A stretch of DNA of 64,000 bases from Mobula birostris (taxonomy: Eukaryota). The translations under genes and the position numbers were made by a program. Of the stretch, positions 1-13,890 are shown one piece after another. The DNA is taken from assembly GCF_030028105.1 (NCBI RefSeq), contig NC_092377.1, positions 77,158,569-77,222,568 on the forward strand. The letters run 5' to 3'. The notes beneath the pieces are model-generated. The model was given only the letters and a program-made list of their open reading frames with translations. It had not been told where the DNA came from and made no database searches. Positions within the stretch are counted from its first letter, which is position 1. Every line of letters begins with the position of its first letter.

Positions 1-2399
1 GAAATGTCACCCTTGCGGTACCAAGTTCTATATTTTAATCACTCGCTGGTTAAAGACACTTATTCTGAATACTCCAGTGGATTTATCAATAATTGTCCAC
101 AGTTAAGATCCAAGGTGCTTTTGAGGCCAGCTTGTTTCACTGCCTCTGCTTATGTGAAAACTAGAATCAGTTGAGGTTTCTCATTTCAACACCACTTTGT
201 AGGCCTGCATTAGTTCAGATGCTGGCAACACTTTATGTTCGACTTAAATAATTTGCTTTGACTGAACACAGACCAAACATCAGTCCGGATGCAACCTCTT
301 CAATCCTCTTATCTTCACAGCTGTATTATCCTTGCTCCACGTCATGATGCTCAAATCTCTTGGCTGGTATTAATGCAACATACCAAGTTAACAGAGCCTG
401 GACTCTATCACTTCTTACCTCCTAACACTAATCCTTACAGAAAGTTATAGCATGCTGTTGTGTCCTATCCTGAAGAATTTCAGAAAATGCCTCACCAATA
501 GCTTCAGCATTCTTTTGTGTCCTTTTCATTATGTTTCATTAACACAGCGCTGACCTTAAGGTGTGAGAATTAGTTTACATTATAAACCTCTTTTGGCCTG
601 ATTAATTTTGTGAAAATGCCCAAAATATATTTTACCTCTGATGTCACTGTGTGTGATGGGGCCTGTTCCTGTTTGAAGATTGTAGATAAGACCTGAGGAG
701 TGAGGAGGGGGTAGTTTATCAAAGTAGTGTGTAAGGAGTGCTGACCCTCCTGAGGCTGAACTACCTCTCTTCCACACATGGCTGAGGAAAAGTGGTATAG
801 ATTTTGTTGATTTCTTATTTTTTCCATCTTTGATTACAACAAGACTCATGGCTTCTCCCCCCATCCCTGCCCTTACGTTCTGCATTGAAATTTCCCTACC
901 TCAAGGACTTGGCTAGGAGTCACTGGATGTGAGGCAAGTGGCCTGCCATTGATCCCTTCGCTCAAGCAAGCTGCGCTGGAAAACTCATAGCATCAGGCAT
1001 TCTGTTTCCCCATTGGCTAAGGGCTAACACGGTGCATTATTGTTGAGATAGTTTTCTTGAGAATAGCTCTTTCATCATAATAAGGTTGAGAAAACATAAG
1101 GGGCCAGGATCGCATTATAGTTCCTTTATTCTCACTGGTTATATATTGGGAGTGGCATCTTTATCTTCATTAAACTTGTGGGGTCTTTAAATATATTTCT
1201 GTAGTAGGTTCTTCTCTGCATTGTGAATCCTGTCTTCAAAATGATCTGCCCAGAAGCTTCCTGTTTGCAACTCTCAACCATCTCTGAGATCATGTATTTC
1301 TTTCAAATGCATGCCTTTATACCCAGAAGCCTTTGTTTTGATCCCTCCAATCGGGTTTTGTCCTTCACAACTGCAATAGCACTTAAAAGTTACAAGTGGC
1401 ATAAAATGTGACAATGGCAAACTATTTGTTCTCATTCTTCATCTCCTCTCTGCAGCCTTTAATTACCCCCCCCCAAAAAAAACTCATTTACCAGAATGAG
1501 TTTGGGTTCAACTAATACTATTGTTGATAAGCAGCTTCTGTTGCTTAATTTCCGACACCCTTTCCATTACTTCAGGGCTTGCCTGGAATTTATCCTTGAT
1601 CCCATTTTTTCCTCAATTAGTCCCCAGTAAAACTTGCTAATCTAGTCCAACTCTTGTGAACTCTTTGCTTTCCATTAGTGTTTTTCTCTGTCATACGAAT
1701 TGGATCCTGCAACACTTAAAAACATGGCTATGTATGGTCCAATTTCTAGGCAAAAACATCTCATTTGTCTGAGTTGTACGCCCTTCTTAACATCCGGTAT
1801 CCTACGTGACATTCCCTGCCATGTAAAAATAAGTCATGACAGGTGGAATGTGTGGGAAGGTGGACGAGAGTGAGGCCAGGGAAAGAGCATGGTGTGATTG
1901 GGCATTGAGGGAGGGATTTGCTGCTGATGGTGTTTGCCATGAGGTCTTGCTAGGTTCTGGGATTAACCCTGTCTGCAATGCATTTCAATTGCTTCATTTT
2001 GCTTGGGTAAGGCTCAAGGATACTAAACGATAAGAACATTTTTAAGTTTATAGTAGGAAACAAAATTGGAATTGTAAAATTGGAAAGGTTAAGAAATGAG
2101 TCTCTATTTGCCTCTCCTATTTCATTAACTTGGCCTGGTGATGGCCCTTCTGCCAGGGAAGAGGTTCAACAAATAGCATATACTATTTATATAGAACCTC
2201 TGACATATGAGGTTCACGTATGAGCCCTCTACCACTTGTACTGCATTCCTGTGTGTAATATTTCTACTCAAGTGTTAACCTGTTTATTTTAAACTGGAAT
2301 GCCAGTCACTGGCAAGGCTGCCTCTGGTCACTAACTTGCCTTCCTTCTCTGTATGCTTCCCTTTCCCATTCCCACGAAGATCTACGTTTCCCCACAGCT

Positions 2400-2610
2400 G
2401 CTTCACCAGTGTAGGCTCCGATTACCAGCTTCCCTCAGGCCTTCCACCTGCTACCATGCCCTCCCCCAGTACTGAAACAGGTCTTTATAAAAGTCACAGA
2501 TGACCTTCTTTCGGACTGGGACCACAGTATGCTGTTCAACTCACCCTTATTGGCTGATTTAGGGTTTAAAGCTTTCGGACTATTGCCTATGCTAGACTCC
2601 TTCAAATCCC
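2400..2610 (+). mobile_element. Decayed L2-clade LINE reverse transcriptase fragment; its L2-like 3' tail resumes at ~3400-3455 after a CR1 insertion
   Basis: With one frameshift it reads STETGL/IKVTDDLL..D......LLADL..AF, matching the L2 RT motif STETAL.KV.NDLL...D.G....L.LLDLSAAFD. An L2-type tail 'gtgaagcaccttggg...attaaaag' follows at ~3405. Confidence 0.6.
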
Positions 2611-2644
2611 ACCTCCCCCCCCCCCCCCCACCTGCCACCCTGGT

Positions 2645-3225
2645 GTCAAAGGTGGTGTGGAGGAGGTTCACCAGGTTGATTCCAGAGATGAGGGTGTTAG
2701 CCTATGAAGAGAGATTATAGTCTATTTACAGACTATCTACATCTCTCTACAGACTCTCTGCATCCTCTGCACCACTTGAAGGGGTTAGTTTATGAGAGTC
2801 ACCTGGGACTATACTCACTGGAATTTAGAAGAATGAGAGGGGATCTTATGGAACCATATAAAATTATGAAAAGGATAGATAATATTGAGGGAGGAAAGTT
2901 GTTTCCCCTGGGGAGTGAGACTAGAAATAGGGGGCATACCTTCAAGATCTGGGGGAATAGATTTAGGTTACAGATTAGGAGAAACTGCTTTTCCCAGAGA
3001 GTAGTATATCTGTGGAATTCTCTGGCTTGGGAAACAGTAGAGGCTGCCTCATTAAATACATTTACAACACAGTTAGATAAATGTTTGCTTAGCAGGGGAA
3101 TTAAGAGTTATGGGAAAAGGCAGGTATGCAGAGCAGAGCCCATGGCCAGATCAGCCATGTTCATATTGAATGGCTGAGCAGGCTTGAAAGGCAAGATGGC
3201 CAACTCGTGCTCCTGTTTCTTATAT
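2645..3225 (+). mobile_element. CR1 LINE 3' fragment (ORF2 C-terminus and 3' UTR)
   Basis: The ORF track gives RRFTRLIP and LGLYSLEFRRMRGDL..YKIM...RNCFSQRVV.LWNSL, the CR1 ORF2 C-terminus. A CR1-type 3' UTR ends 'ctcctgtttcttat'. Confidence 0.92.
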
Positions 3226-5619
3226 TTGAACACTGCTTTATTCTCCACTACTCTCCATAAATATTGCCTCCTTACTTCTCTTCCTAACTTTCTCAGAGCT
3301 CAGCATGTTAATTCTCTAATGGGCTCAGAATTTAATCTTTGTTGTCAAAGGTTTCATTTCAGTCAAGCTTAGATTGCTTCCATTCTGGGCTCCGTGCTCT
3401 CCTATGTGAAGCACCTTGGGCTGTGTTATCATATTAAAAGTGGTGTAAAAATATTTACTCCTGTTACATTTCTCAGAACCTTGAAATCCTTACTAAAAAC
3501 TCCCAGAGGCACATTTTCTCATACTTTTGGATGGAGTGTAATAGGAAATGGTTAAATCCCCCAAGTTTTGTTCTCACAGTATATCAGTAAATTAAATATC
3601 CAGGGATAGTCTTCCATGACTTACAAGCTTTAAAAAAGTAATAAAGGATGAAGGGACAAGAATTCTATGTGGATTTAAAGAGTGTGATACCATCTTGATT
3701 TTATTTGTACAGATCTTGTCTTTGATCGACTTTCCTTTCGAGGCTGCTTTTTATTGAATGGAAAGGGCAGGTGTGTGTAACAATACACAAGTGCACATTC
3801 AGATAGACACACATTCTGACACAATCTCACACTTGTGGAATACACTTACTCTGCTCATACACTCATTTAGACTCCACACTCTGCCGTTCACATACACTGA
3901 CACGTGCACACTGAACTAACACACAAAAACGAACACATACACGTAGCTTCAAAGAACAGTACTTTCTTTACTTTCTCAAACCCGAGCTGTTTCTAATAGG
4001 AGAGCCACCATGTACTTCCTTAAAGCCAATTGTTGTTTAATTTGTTACCAGATGCACAAATAGCAACCCTGTATTCTCAAAAGCCGCCTTATTATGGAAA
4101 CTATGCACTTTCTTAAATTCTCCTCAGCTTAACCCAGGCTGTCATTTCATGAAGAGTTGGATGTTAAGCATAAAATTCATGGGAAATAAAGAAGCTTGTC
4201 ATGGCAGAGGCATGGGAGGTCACCAGTGCTGTTGACTCTTATCAGAGTTGATTCAATTAAAGGGTAAGACAGCTTTTCCATCGTTTTAGGGCTGAAGCCT
4301 GCAAAGATCAGGCACTTCCCTTATTTAGCGGAAATTCCTTTGCTGGTGACTGGAGCACTGAAAATCTGTTGGACTGACAAGAATGTGCCACAGTTATTTA
4401 TGTGTCGGCTGATAGATCTTGGATTGATTTCAGTTTGTTTTTAAATTTCACTGCTCCTGAACAAAGGGTTTTGAACCTTGAGACTGCTGCTTGTGAGCTA
4501 TTCAGGGATGGAAAATAGTTATTACATGTAGCAAGAGTAACTGGTTTATTAACTTTGTGCAATATGTGAAATTACCTCTGCCAAAATAAGGAGCTCCAAG
4601 TTTATGCAGTTTAATCCAAGGCTCTTCCTATACTAGTCTTTGAAACTCTTATAAATTTGTTGCAGCCCACAGAGTAGGTAATCACATGACACATTTCTTG
4701 AAAGTATGATTGCCTTAAAGTAACAGTTGTTTACAATCAATGCTACATATACTGTTGCGTCTGTATTCATCTTGAGGGTGAAGTGCATGCTGTTACACCA
4801 GCCACAAACTCAGCAATCGATGTAGAAGGAAAACACACTCGATGTCTTTCTGAAGACGTTGGAGAGATTCTCACTATGCGATTACATAGCTGGTAGAATA
4901 TTAAATCTAATCCTCTAGTCACTGGGGAATGATGCAGATGTATGAACAAAGAAGCAAATGGTTTGCATTAAGATGCAAGCCGCATGATAATGGATGAATT
5001 CAATATTATGAAGAGAGTTCAAAATTACTGAAATAGCTGAAGCCAGAGTTACAAAGACATCAATAGGAGAGTGTCAGCAGCAGATGAAAGGAGGTGGGGG
5101 TAAAGATTGGAAAAGAGCAAAATGCACAAGGAGAGGAGATGGGTGTCTGAAGCTCATCTTGGAATGCCAATCCCGTGAACAGTCAGGCCTAGGTCCAGCA
5201 GTGGGGAGAGAAACAAAGGGGGATGTGGAGTTTGGTAAGAGGCAGCAGTGTTTATGAAGTGGGCAGACATGAATTTGGTCTTCCTGTTGTTAATTAAATG
5301 AAACTGTCTTTCATTTAGGAACAGATACTTGGCAAGACTTGCTACTGCACAGCACCAAATGGCTGCAGCAGCTTTATGTCTTACTGCCCAGCTGTTTGTC
5401 ATGCAAAGGCCCATTTGTTGCATTACACTGACACCCTGAATCCATTTCTCATTTCTAATGGATCATTTTCAGAGTTCTTTCTCCCCACCTTTCCTGCTGT
5501 TGGAGTAAGTACTAAGACATTGCTGTAAATTCAAACTCATATCACATGTAGCACAGATATTGTGGGCCAAAAAGCTGTTCCTGCACTGTACTATTCTATG
5601 TTCGACACTGGCTATTTCA

Positions 5620-6080
5620 TAAAACATAAAATATAGAACAGGAATAGGCCCATGATTTCTATGCCAAACATACTGAAAATCCAAACTAATCTCACCCGCC
5701 TGCACGTGATCTATATCCTTCCAGTCCTTGCCTGCTCATGTGCCTACCTAAATGCTTTCTAAACATTGTATCTTATTCCTCCACTTCCCCTGGAAGCAAG
5801 TTCCAGGCACCTATCACTCTGTGTAAAAAAAAAACTTGCCTCAGGAATTTCCTTTTAACTTTCCCCTTTTCAATTTGAAGCTCTGCCCTCTAGAATATGT
5901 TATCTTCACTCTGAGGAGAGGCCTCTGACTATCCGACCTATGCAAATCCAAATTTGTCCAACCTCTCCTTACAGTTAATACTGGTGAACTTCCTCTGCAC
6001 CCTCTCCAAAGCCTCCACATTTTTCCTGTAATGCACAATACTTCAAGTGCAGCCCAGCCAAAGGAATATTATAACTGCAA
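5620..6080 (-). mobile_element. Decayed CR1 3' fragment
   Basis: The reverse strand shows LKYC..., RGQSFKL.RGK..G and a CR1 tail ('aaacataaaatatagaac' on +). Confidence 0.75.
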
Positions 6081-6084
6081 CATG

Positions 6085-7640
6085 ACTTTGCAACTTCACT
6101 CAGTGTCAGCAAATCTAAAGAGCTGATGGATGACCTCAGAAAGAGGAAGAAAGGCAACCATGTGCTAGTTTACATTGGGGAGGGGGCGGAATTGGTAGTC
6201 GAGAGAGTCAGCAGCTTTAGATTCCTGGGTGTTAACAAATTGGATTACCTTTCCTGGTCCCAGCACATCAGCACATAGTGGCATTCATAAAGAAAGCATG
6301 CCACCATCTTCACTTTTTTAGGAGGTTAAGATGGTTTGGTTTGTAATCAAGCACTCCAATAAGCTTCCACAGATTTGCTGTTGAAATATCCTGACTAGTT
6401 GCATCATGGTCTGGTATGGCAGTTTGAAAGTGCAGGAATTTACTAAGCTGCAGAGAGAAGTGTATTCTGCCTAATGCATTCTCCTACTACTGGTAGTATC
6501 TACAGGAGAAACTGCATCAAGGAGGCATCATATAACATCAAGGATCACCACCATCCAAGCTGTGCCATCTTCTCGCAGGAGGAACAGAAATCTGAAGTCC
6601 AACAAAGGACTTGGCACAGAATGTCAACTATTTATTTCCCTCCACAGATGCAGCTTCACCTGTTGAGTTCCTCCAACGTTTTTCACGTTTTGCTCCGGAA
6701 CGGCTACTTTCCTTCAACTAATTTGTTCTTCAACCAACCAGCAAAATCCTAATTACTTCAGTGAGCAGTTTCAAGTTCCTTGGTGTCAAGATCTCTGAGG
6801 ATCTACGTATCGATGCAGCTATAAAGAAGGCAAGACAGCAGCTATACTTCATTAGGAATTTGAAGAGATTTGGTATGTCAACAAATACACTCAAAAACTT
6901 CTATACATGTACTGTAGAGAGCATTCTGACAGGCTGATTCACTGTCTGGTATTGGGGGATGTGGCTACTGCACGAGACAGAAAGAAACTGCAGAGGGTCA
7001 AATTTAGTTCGTTTTATCTTGGGTACTAACGTACAAAGTACCCAGGACATCTTCAAGGAGTGGTGCCTCAGAATCCATTATTAAGGGCCCCCAACATGGC
7101 CTTTTCTTACTGTTACATTCAGGTAGGAGGTACAGAAGCCTGAAGGCACACACTCAGCGATTCAGGAACAGCTTCTTCCCCTCTGCCATCCAATTCTTAA
7201 ATGGACATTGAACCTGTGAACTTTTTAAATATATATTATTTCTGTTTTTGCACAATGTTTAATCTACTCAACATATGTGTACTGTAATTGATTTACTTAG
7301 TTATTATTTTTTCCCTGTTCTTCTATATTATGTTTTGTATTGAACTGTTGCTGCTAGGTTAACAATTTCACGACATATGCTGGTGATAATAAACCTGATT
7401 CTGATTCTAATTCTGATTTGAACAACACTATGACTTCTTTAACTACTGTGCATTGAAATAGACTTTTTAAAAATTCTAATTGTAAAAATAGTATATAATT
7501 TTTGTTTATGTTTTCCTTGCGAATACTGTTTATATGATGCAATGCCTGTGATGCTGCTACAAGTGAGTTATACATTGCGCCTGTGCATACATGGTACTTG
7601 TTCAGATGATAATGGACCCAACTTTGATTTTGACTTTATA
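6085..7640 (+). mobile_element. Nested Rex1/Babar-type LINE 3' fragments: outer copy ~6085-6760 plus 7420-7640, inner copy ~6760-7420, and a Penelope terminal scrap at ~6600-6695
   Basis: The motif block 'ttcaagttccttggtgtc...aagaaggcaagacagcagctatacttcattagg' (FKFLGV...KKARQQLYFIR) occurs twice. Two separate tails are present: 'aataaacctgattctgattc' at 7388 and 'actttgattttgacttt' at 7621. Confidence 0.8.
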
Positions 7641-7860
7641 CTCAACCCACTGACCAATGAATGCAAGTGTACCATCCATCATTTTTACCATCCTATCTGC
7701 TTGTGTTACCATTGCTTGCACCACAACATCTCTCTGTACATCAGTGTTTCTAAGGGCTGTGCCATTTGCTGTAAACTTTCCTCCCAAAGTGCAACAAGAC
7801 CTCACACTTGTCCAGAGTACACATCATCAGCCATATCTCAGCCCACCTTTCCAATGGGAC
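7640..7860 (-). mobile_element. Decayed CR1 RT C-terminal fragment
   Basis: The minus ORF reads NGTALRNTDVQRD..V...TQADRMVK...GTLAFI..VEYK. Confidence 0.75.
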
Positions 7861-7867
7861 TATATTG

Positions 7868-7985
7868 TCACAAACAAGAGGAAATCTGTGGTTGCTGGAA
7901 ATCCAGGCAACACACAAATGCTGGAGGAACTCAGCAGGCCAGCCAGCATCTATGGAAAAGTGAACAGTAGATGTTTTGGGCCTAT
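7868..7985 (-). mobile_element. Penelope-like element terminal (pLTR) fragment
   Basis: 'acacacaaatgctggaggaactcagcaggccagccagcatctatggaaaag' is shared with the copies at 23460, 31000, 41100 and 55890. The 31000 copy is attached to a Penelope ORF C-terminus. Confidence 0.7.
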
Positions 7986-8099
7986 ATCCTGTGATCGTTT
8001 CTTAAGCCACATTTCTAAGAAAAAGAATTAAATGACAGTTACTTTAGCTCTTCAGATTATGGTCTTCAGAATGACGCACTGTGGGCTGGCTTAGGTGTC

Positions 8100-8770
8100 T
8101 AAGCTTCTCCCTCTCTCCTTTTATTGTACATAGTTACAACATTTACACACATTACAGCTGTCCTCTTTTCTGGCATCACCTCCACATTTAAAGAGGAATG
8201 AAAGACTGCAGCTATAACCATACTTACTTCCCTTAGGAACCAAGAGTGCAGCTGATCCAGATGGGTTAACTTTTCTAATTCAAGTACTACTGATTTACTT
8301 GGCACAGCTTACACTATTCAATCTAATTTCTAGGTCTCCTACACTGATATTTGCAACTTTATGATTTTTCAAACAACTAAACAAAGTACTTATGAAGTAC
8401 TGCATCCATGCCCCCTGGCTCCATTAAAAGACTTCCTTTTGGTCCCTAATCAGCTCCACCCTTTCTTTGAAATCCTCTTATTCTATTTATTTATAAAGGA
8501 AAATCATGTTCCCTGGTAGTTGGTAGTTTTTTCATGCACTTTCTCTGAGCTTTTCTTTTTCTATTTTCCTCCATGTGCTCAGTTTATTCACCCAGTGTAT
8601 TATAATCCTAACCTTTGTTTTATGCTATTTTATGCTTCCATTGATTGCTCCATTTTAATCTTCCCTGATCATCTGGGGAGCTTTAGGTCCAGCCAAGCTA
8701 TATTATTTCAAAAAAATCTGTACCTTCTCAAGCTTCTCAAAGGCCACTCTTCTATCATTTACTGTCCTGC
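8100..8770 (-). mobile_element. Old CR1 ORF2 remnant
   Basis: The minus ORF D.LH..FLRE...IA..F.SSL...MPE..A.V resembles the CR1 motif PDG.HPR.LKE...IF..SL..G.VP.DW..A.V. Confidence 0.55.
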
Positions 8771-8919
8771 TGTGTCGCCGTTAGCATAAACAAACACAAG
8801 TCTAAAGCTTCAACTTTTAACTACAATGCCTGGGTACAACTTGTATCAGGAGTCACTCCAAGTAATACAAATTGATTCCTAAAGACACCTTACTCTGCAT
8901 AAGTGGGCCAGTCCACTTA

Positions 8920-9200
8920 GTCTTAGAGTCATACAGCACAGAAATGGGCCCTTCGTCCTGTGTAGTCTCTGCCAAGCATTAACATTAATCAAACTTTTTT
9001 ATTCTTTCCATATTTTCCTCAAATCCCTTCTGATTCTACACACACTAGCAGCAATTGCCAGTGGTTAGTTAATCTACCAACCTGCACGCCTTTGACATGT
9101 GGGCATGTACCAGAGCACCCAAAGGAAACTCACACACGGTCACAGGGAGAAACATAAATCATACAAACAGCGACTTGGATTGTGACGTTGTGCTGCCTCT
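8920..9200 (-). mobile_element. HE1-like tRNA-derived SINE. Other copies: ~13250-13560(-), 20780-21120(+), 21340-21550(+), 21560-21870(-), 25770-26100(-), 27500-27680(-), 30745-30980(-), 33920-34148(+), 50530-50800(+), 61830-61965(+)
   Basis: A recurring core 'tgtgggaggaaaccggagcacc...gaaacccac...gtcacagggagaac' is paired with a CR1-like 3' tail. Confidence 0.7.
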
Positions 9201-9631
9201 CAGCGTTTCAACTCCTCCACAATCTATCCCTCTTCAGGTTACTACTTATACGACTAATTATTTTCTTGTTCTTATCCACAAATGCACCAAGACTTCCTTG
9301 ATGTCCTCGCTTCCATTGCTGAAACTTCCCCCACTTCCCTCGACTCCCATTCCCAGTAGTCCTATAGTCCTTCATTCAACTGATTCAAGAATTTCTACTA
9401 TTCAAATTTCAGGAGTTTCCCTCCTTGTCCTTAGCAATTTTTCTTAGTGCTGCTTTATTGATTCTACATCTTTCTGAAACAATACCAAGCTTACTCTAAA
9501 GCTATGACTAAGACAACACTACTTTAAAACATAAATCCTTTCAGGTAATGATGGAATGAATTCAAATGTTGCAAGTGACTCTTCAACTTGGGATGTCTGC
9601 ACATCAAGGCATTGCTGTCAGAGAATACTGA

Positions 9632-10672
9632 TTCAAGATTCATTTATTATCAACGAATGTATAAATTATACAACCTTGAGATTTCTTGCTCACAGGTAGC
9701 CACAAAGCAGAAACCCAATTAAAGAAAAAGACAATAAAAATAAAAATAAAACACTCACTGCTGCTGGGTCAAAGTCATGGAATTCCCTCATTCATAGCAC
9801 TGTGAGTGTACCTACACCTCAGGGACTCCAGCAGTTCAAGAAAGCAGCTCGTCACCACTTTCTCAAGATCAACTAGGGATGGGCAATAAATACTGGCTTA
9901 GATGGCGATGCCCACATCCCATAAATGAATAAATAAAAAAAAAACTTGATGTGCATGAGAAAAAAATACAAACCATAAAAACAATTGAAGCAAGTAACAG
10001 CATTCTGAACCAAAAATGAGTCCTCAGTTCCAAATCCTGGAGCAGCCCGGAGTAGGCCCAAAGCCTCGCTTATCAGTTCATCATATTAGTGGGCACAGAG
10101 TGCAGTGGTCGGGGCAGTCTTCATAGCCTCAGTGCCATGGAGATGACCAGAGTGGAGAGCGAGCGAAATTGGCTCTTGCCTCCAATCTGGCTGGTATTTA
10201 AATTTTCTAAACAGCATATCGTACCTCGCACTAAGACCCAGGCTTCTGGGCCTAGACCACATTACTCAGCAACTTGCTCTGTGCCCAGATTCAGTCGTCC
10301 AGCCTGAAGCTGCTCTCAAGTTCTTCAGATCAGCCTTATGCCCAGAGGAATCCAATCACGCACCCAGGCCAGTTGAACGAGCATCGAACTTCTCAGCCTG
10401 GGCCTCAACTTCTCCTTTCAGTGCCCAGAATAATCCAGCTTTGCACCCAGACCAGCTATATGGGCATCGGAACTCTATCTGCAACGATTTTGCAACACAC
10501 CATCTCAGCTCATCCCCCGAACTCTCCTCGTCAACGCTCATCCCTTCTTTGTTTGCAGTGATTACAACATAATTTACTACAGAAACGATATATTTAGTAA
10601 TGTGTTTAGTCGGATTTCTTATCTTTTTGACTACCAGATGCTGTTGTTATGTTTGGTAGTGCCATCTCACCA
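9632..10672 (-). mobile_element. Non-coding non-autonomous LINE-derived element with a Rex/Babar-type tail, interrupted by another LINE 3' end (+, ~9755-9945)
   Basis: The minus 3' end reads 'aataaatgaatcttgaat' and the 5' end 'gagatggcac'. The inserted piece ends 'gcccacatcccataaatgaataaataaaaaaa'. Confidence 0.55.
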
Positions 10673-11827
10673 GCTGATCCTCAAATTGTGAGATTTCCCA
10701 GTTGAGCTCTTCTGCCTGGAAAATTATAATCACATTGAAAGTATTACCTCAACTGTTTCTTAATATTTGGATTAGAAGTATGCTAAAATCTTTCAGATCT
10801 CAATTGAAATGAAACAGTCTATTAACTGTCAGGACAATTTCAATGGGATGTCATCTTAAAGGTATCTTATTTGCATTTTGCTTAGAATTCATATAATTGT
10901 TCAGTCAGTTTTATTCCATTAGAGGGTTTTGAAGTCATCTTGTTTTTGATTATTTTGGTTTAGTATTCTTGCACTTCTTGGGGCAAATTTTCATGAAGTC
11001 AGAGGAATGGACAACCAATTGGAAACTCTATGATTATTAAAATAACATTATCTCCACCCATGAAAAAAATGAGTGAGTGCTCTGCCTTCTTGTGGCCTCC
11101 AGAAATACTCTCCTTAAGTGACGATTCAGCTAAGTAGTCTCTACATTTACATCATGTTGGGTCTTAAATGACTGGCACACTCTTGAAAAAAGTAACCCAA
11201 ATAAATCCCACAATGTCGTAGGTTTGTTGATAAGGACCTTGCAAATCAAAGCTTATTTCCCATCTGAATGGCCTTTCAAAGTGGGTCGGATGGAAGGTTA
11301 CACCATGACATCATGGAATCATCAACGCAGGACCTTTGGCCCAGTCTATTTGCGCCCACCAAGTTGCTTAACTAAGGAAGTTCCATTTGCCTGTGTCTTG
11401 CTTAAATCCCTTTAAATCTTTCCTATCCATGTACTTGCCTACATGTGTTTTTGAGAACATTGTAATTGTACCTGCCTCTACCATTTCCACTGGAATCTCT
11501 GTCCATACACCCACCTCCCTCTGTGTGAAAAAGCTGCCCCTCAGCAACCTTTTAATGCATATGACTCAAACCCTTCAATCCCAGTAATATCCTTATAAAT
11601 CTATTTTGCACCCTTTCCAATTTAGGATGGCTATGGTTAAGAAATCCAACTAATCTGTGTGTTTTTTAGAGCCCTTGAAACTCTGAAGCACTGCAGACAT
11701 TGCGCAAGGCCTCCCAGAGCCTGCACTATGGTAGTTTTTGACCCCATTTAATTTTAGTTCTCATAAACACAAGGGATTCTGCAGATGCTGACAATCCAGG
11801 GCAACACACATTTTGGGTTTGTTGGTT

Positions 11828-12518
11828 AGTCATAGTCATAGTCATACTTTATTGATCCAGAGGGAAATTGTTTTTTGTTACAGTTGCACCATAAATAATT
11901 AAATAGTAATAGAACCATAAATAATTAAATAGTAATATGTAAATTATGCCAGGAAATAAGTCCAGGACCAGCCTATTGGCTCAGGGTGTCTGACCCTCCA
12001 AGGGAGGAGTTGTAAAGTTTGATGGCCACAGGCAGGAATGACTTCCTATGATGCTCGGTGTTGCATCTTGGTGGAATGAGCCTCTGGCTGAATGTACCCC
12101 TGTGCCCAACCAGTCCATTATGTAGTGGATGGGAGACATTGTCCAAGATGGCATGCAACTTGGACAGCATCCTCTTTTCAGACACCACTGTCAGAGAGTC
12201 CAGTTCCATCCCCACAACATCACTGGCCATACGAATGAGTATGTTGATTTTGTTGGTGTCTGCTACCCTCAGCCTGTTGCCCCAGCACACAAAAGCAAAC
12301 ATGATCACACTGGCCACCACAGACTCATAGAACATCCTCAGCATCATCTGACAGATGTTAAAGGACCTCAGTCTCCTCAGGAAATAGAGATGGCTCTGAC
12401 CCTTCTTGTAGACAGCTTCAGTGTTCTTTGACCGGTCCAGCTTATTGTCAATTCGTATCCCCAGGTATTTGTAATCCTCCACCATATCCACACTGACCCC
12501 CTGGATGGAAACAGGGTT
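11828..12518 (-). mobile_element. Rex1/Babar-clade LINE, 5'-truncated young copy
   Basis: ORF 11973-12629 reads VEDYKYLG.RIDNKLD..NTEAVYKKGQSHLYFLRRLRSF...RKSFLPVAIKLYN. The tail is AATAAA plus (GACTAT)n. Confidence 0.92.
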
Positions 12519-12719
12519 CATTAGGTTTTTCCAGACTTTGGCCTCAGGAAACATTTGGGGTTCAAACAGGTTAAAACTGCAAGAGCTGGCTGACGGAGTA
12601 ATTAAAAGCTCAGTCTTCACGCACCTCATTCAGGCTGCATAATTGTTGCTGTTTGTTATATTCATTTTACCGTTGGTCCTGTAGATCCTATTTACATTAC
12701 CTCCACTGCAGAAGCATTG

Positions 12720-13890
12720 TCACCCTCAACTTCAGCTACTCAGATTCATTGACGATTGATTATGTCCACATTCGAAGTCTGGGCCGCACATCATCATAGA
12801 GGAGAGAATAGGTCCTTGCCCTCAACGTCCCCAAAACAAAGACCCTCTCAGCCCACCAGCCCCGACCAGTAAAAGACCATGGCTACTTGCCTAATCTTGT
12901 GGGCTATCTCTCAGCAAATTCAGAAATTTGCCATTGCCTTCAGTACACCAGCGTGGCTCTTGGCCATTGCTGGGAAAGATTGGGAAAATCTGGCTTACCA
13001 GGCAGCAGTGACCCCTGCCTTGTTTCTGAGCCTTGGTCTATCCACAGCAGACATGTAAAACTTCTGCAGAGATGCCATATATAGTTTTTCCACAGATATC
13101 TCAAAGTACACTGGCAGGATAAAGGAAGCAGTGCCAACAACATCTTTCAGGTCATTCTCCCTGAAATATTATACTCTATTGGTTCTGATGGGTAAATCAT
13201 ATTCTTCATTTCCTTGACAACAATCTCCTGAAGTAAATGCCCCACCTTGATCTCATTTATTTATTTGTTTACCTATACCACGGGGAGTAGGCCCTTTCAG
13301 ACCTTCGAGCCACGCTGCCCCAGCAACCCCACAACCCCGATTAACCCTAACCTAATCATGGGAAAATTTACAATACCTATTAATCTACCAGGTATATCTT
13401 TGGACTGTGGGAGAAACACGGAGCACCCGGGGAAAGACCACGCATTTGACAGGGAGAACGTACAAAAGACTTCTTACAGAATAGCACCGGAATTGAACTC
13501 CAAATTCCAGAACTCCCGAGCTATAATAGCATCACACTAACTGCTACATTACCTTGGCGCCAGTTGGACAAGTTCTCTGGGTGGCAGGGGAAGCAATTCT
13601 CGGAAACATGCACCTGTGGGAATTGCTGGCCCGTGATGACTCAACATGAGGATGGAGCATTCAGGTTGGCACTGAGAACTTTGGTTCCGTTTGGCCAGAG
13701 TACGCAGAAGCTGAGCATAAATGGCAGGTGGTGTACACTGTCTAATAGACAGCCCACAGCCCACAGCCCACCCGATACCTTCTGGCCCATTTGAGAGTCT
13801 GCGCATAGATTGACTTCGTGAGCCTCCTTGGAATGTAGAGAACTGGAACAGAAGCAAGTCATCCATATCCCTGAGGACAACTTAAAATCA
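12720..13890 (+). mobile_element. RTE-clade LINE remnant (RT C-terminal region to 3' end), split by an HE1-like SINE at ~13250-13560
   Basis: EPWSIHSRHVKLLQRCH...WQDK matches the RTE motif ETWT.Y.RH...LE.FH.RCLR...WQD. There is a C-terminal CCHH-like remnant and an RTE-type 3' end 'gaagcaagtcatcc...ccctgagg'. Confidence 0.7.

Noticed and set aside
3770-3945. CA-rich quasi-repeat
   Set aside because: It is a decayed low-complexity microsatellite with no regular unit.
4004-4063. Perfect Kozak GCCACCATG
   Set aside because: It opens only a 17-codon ORF, with no donor or promoter support.
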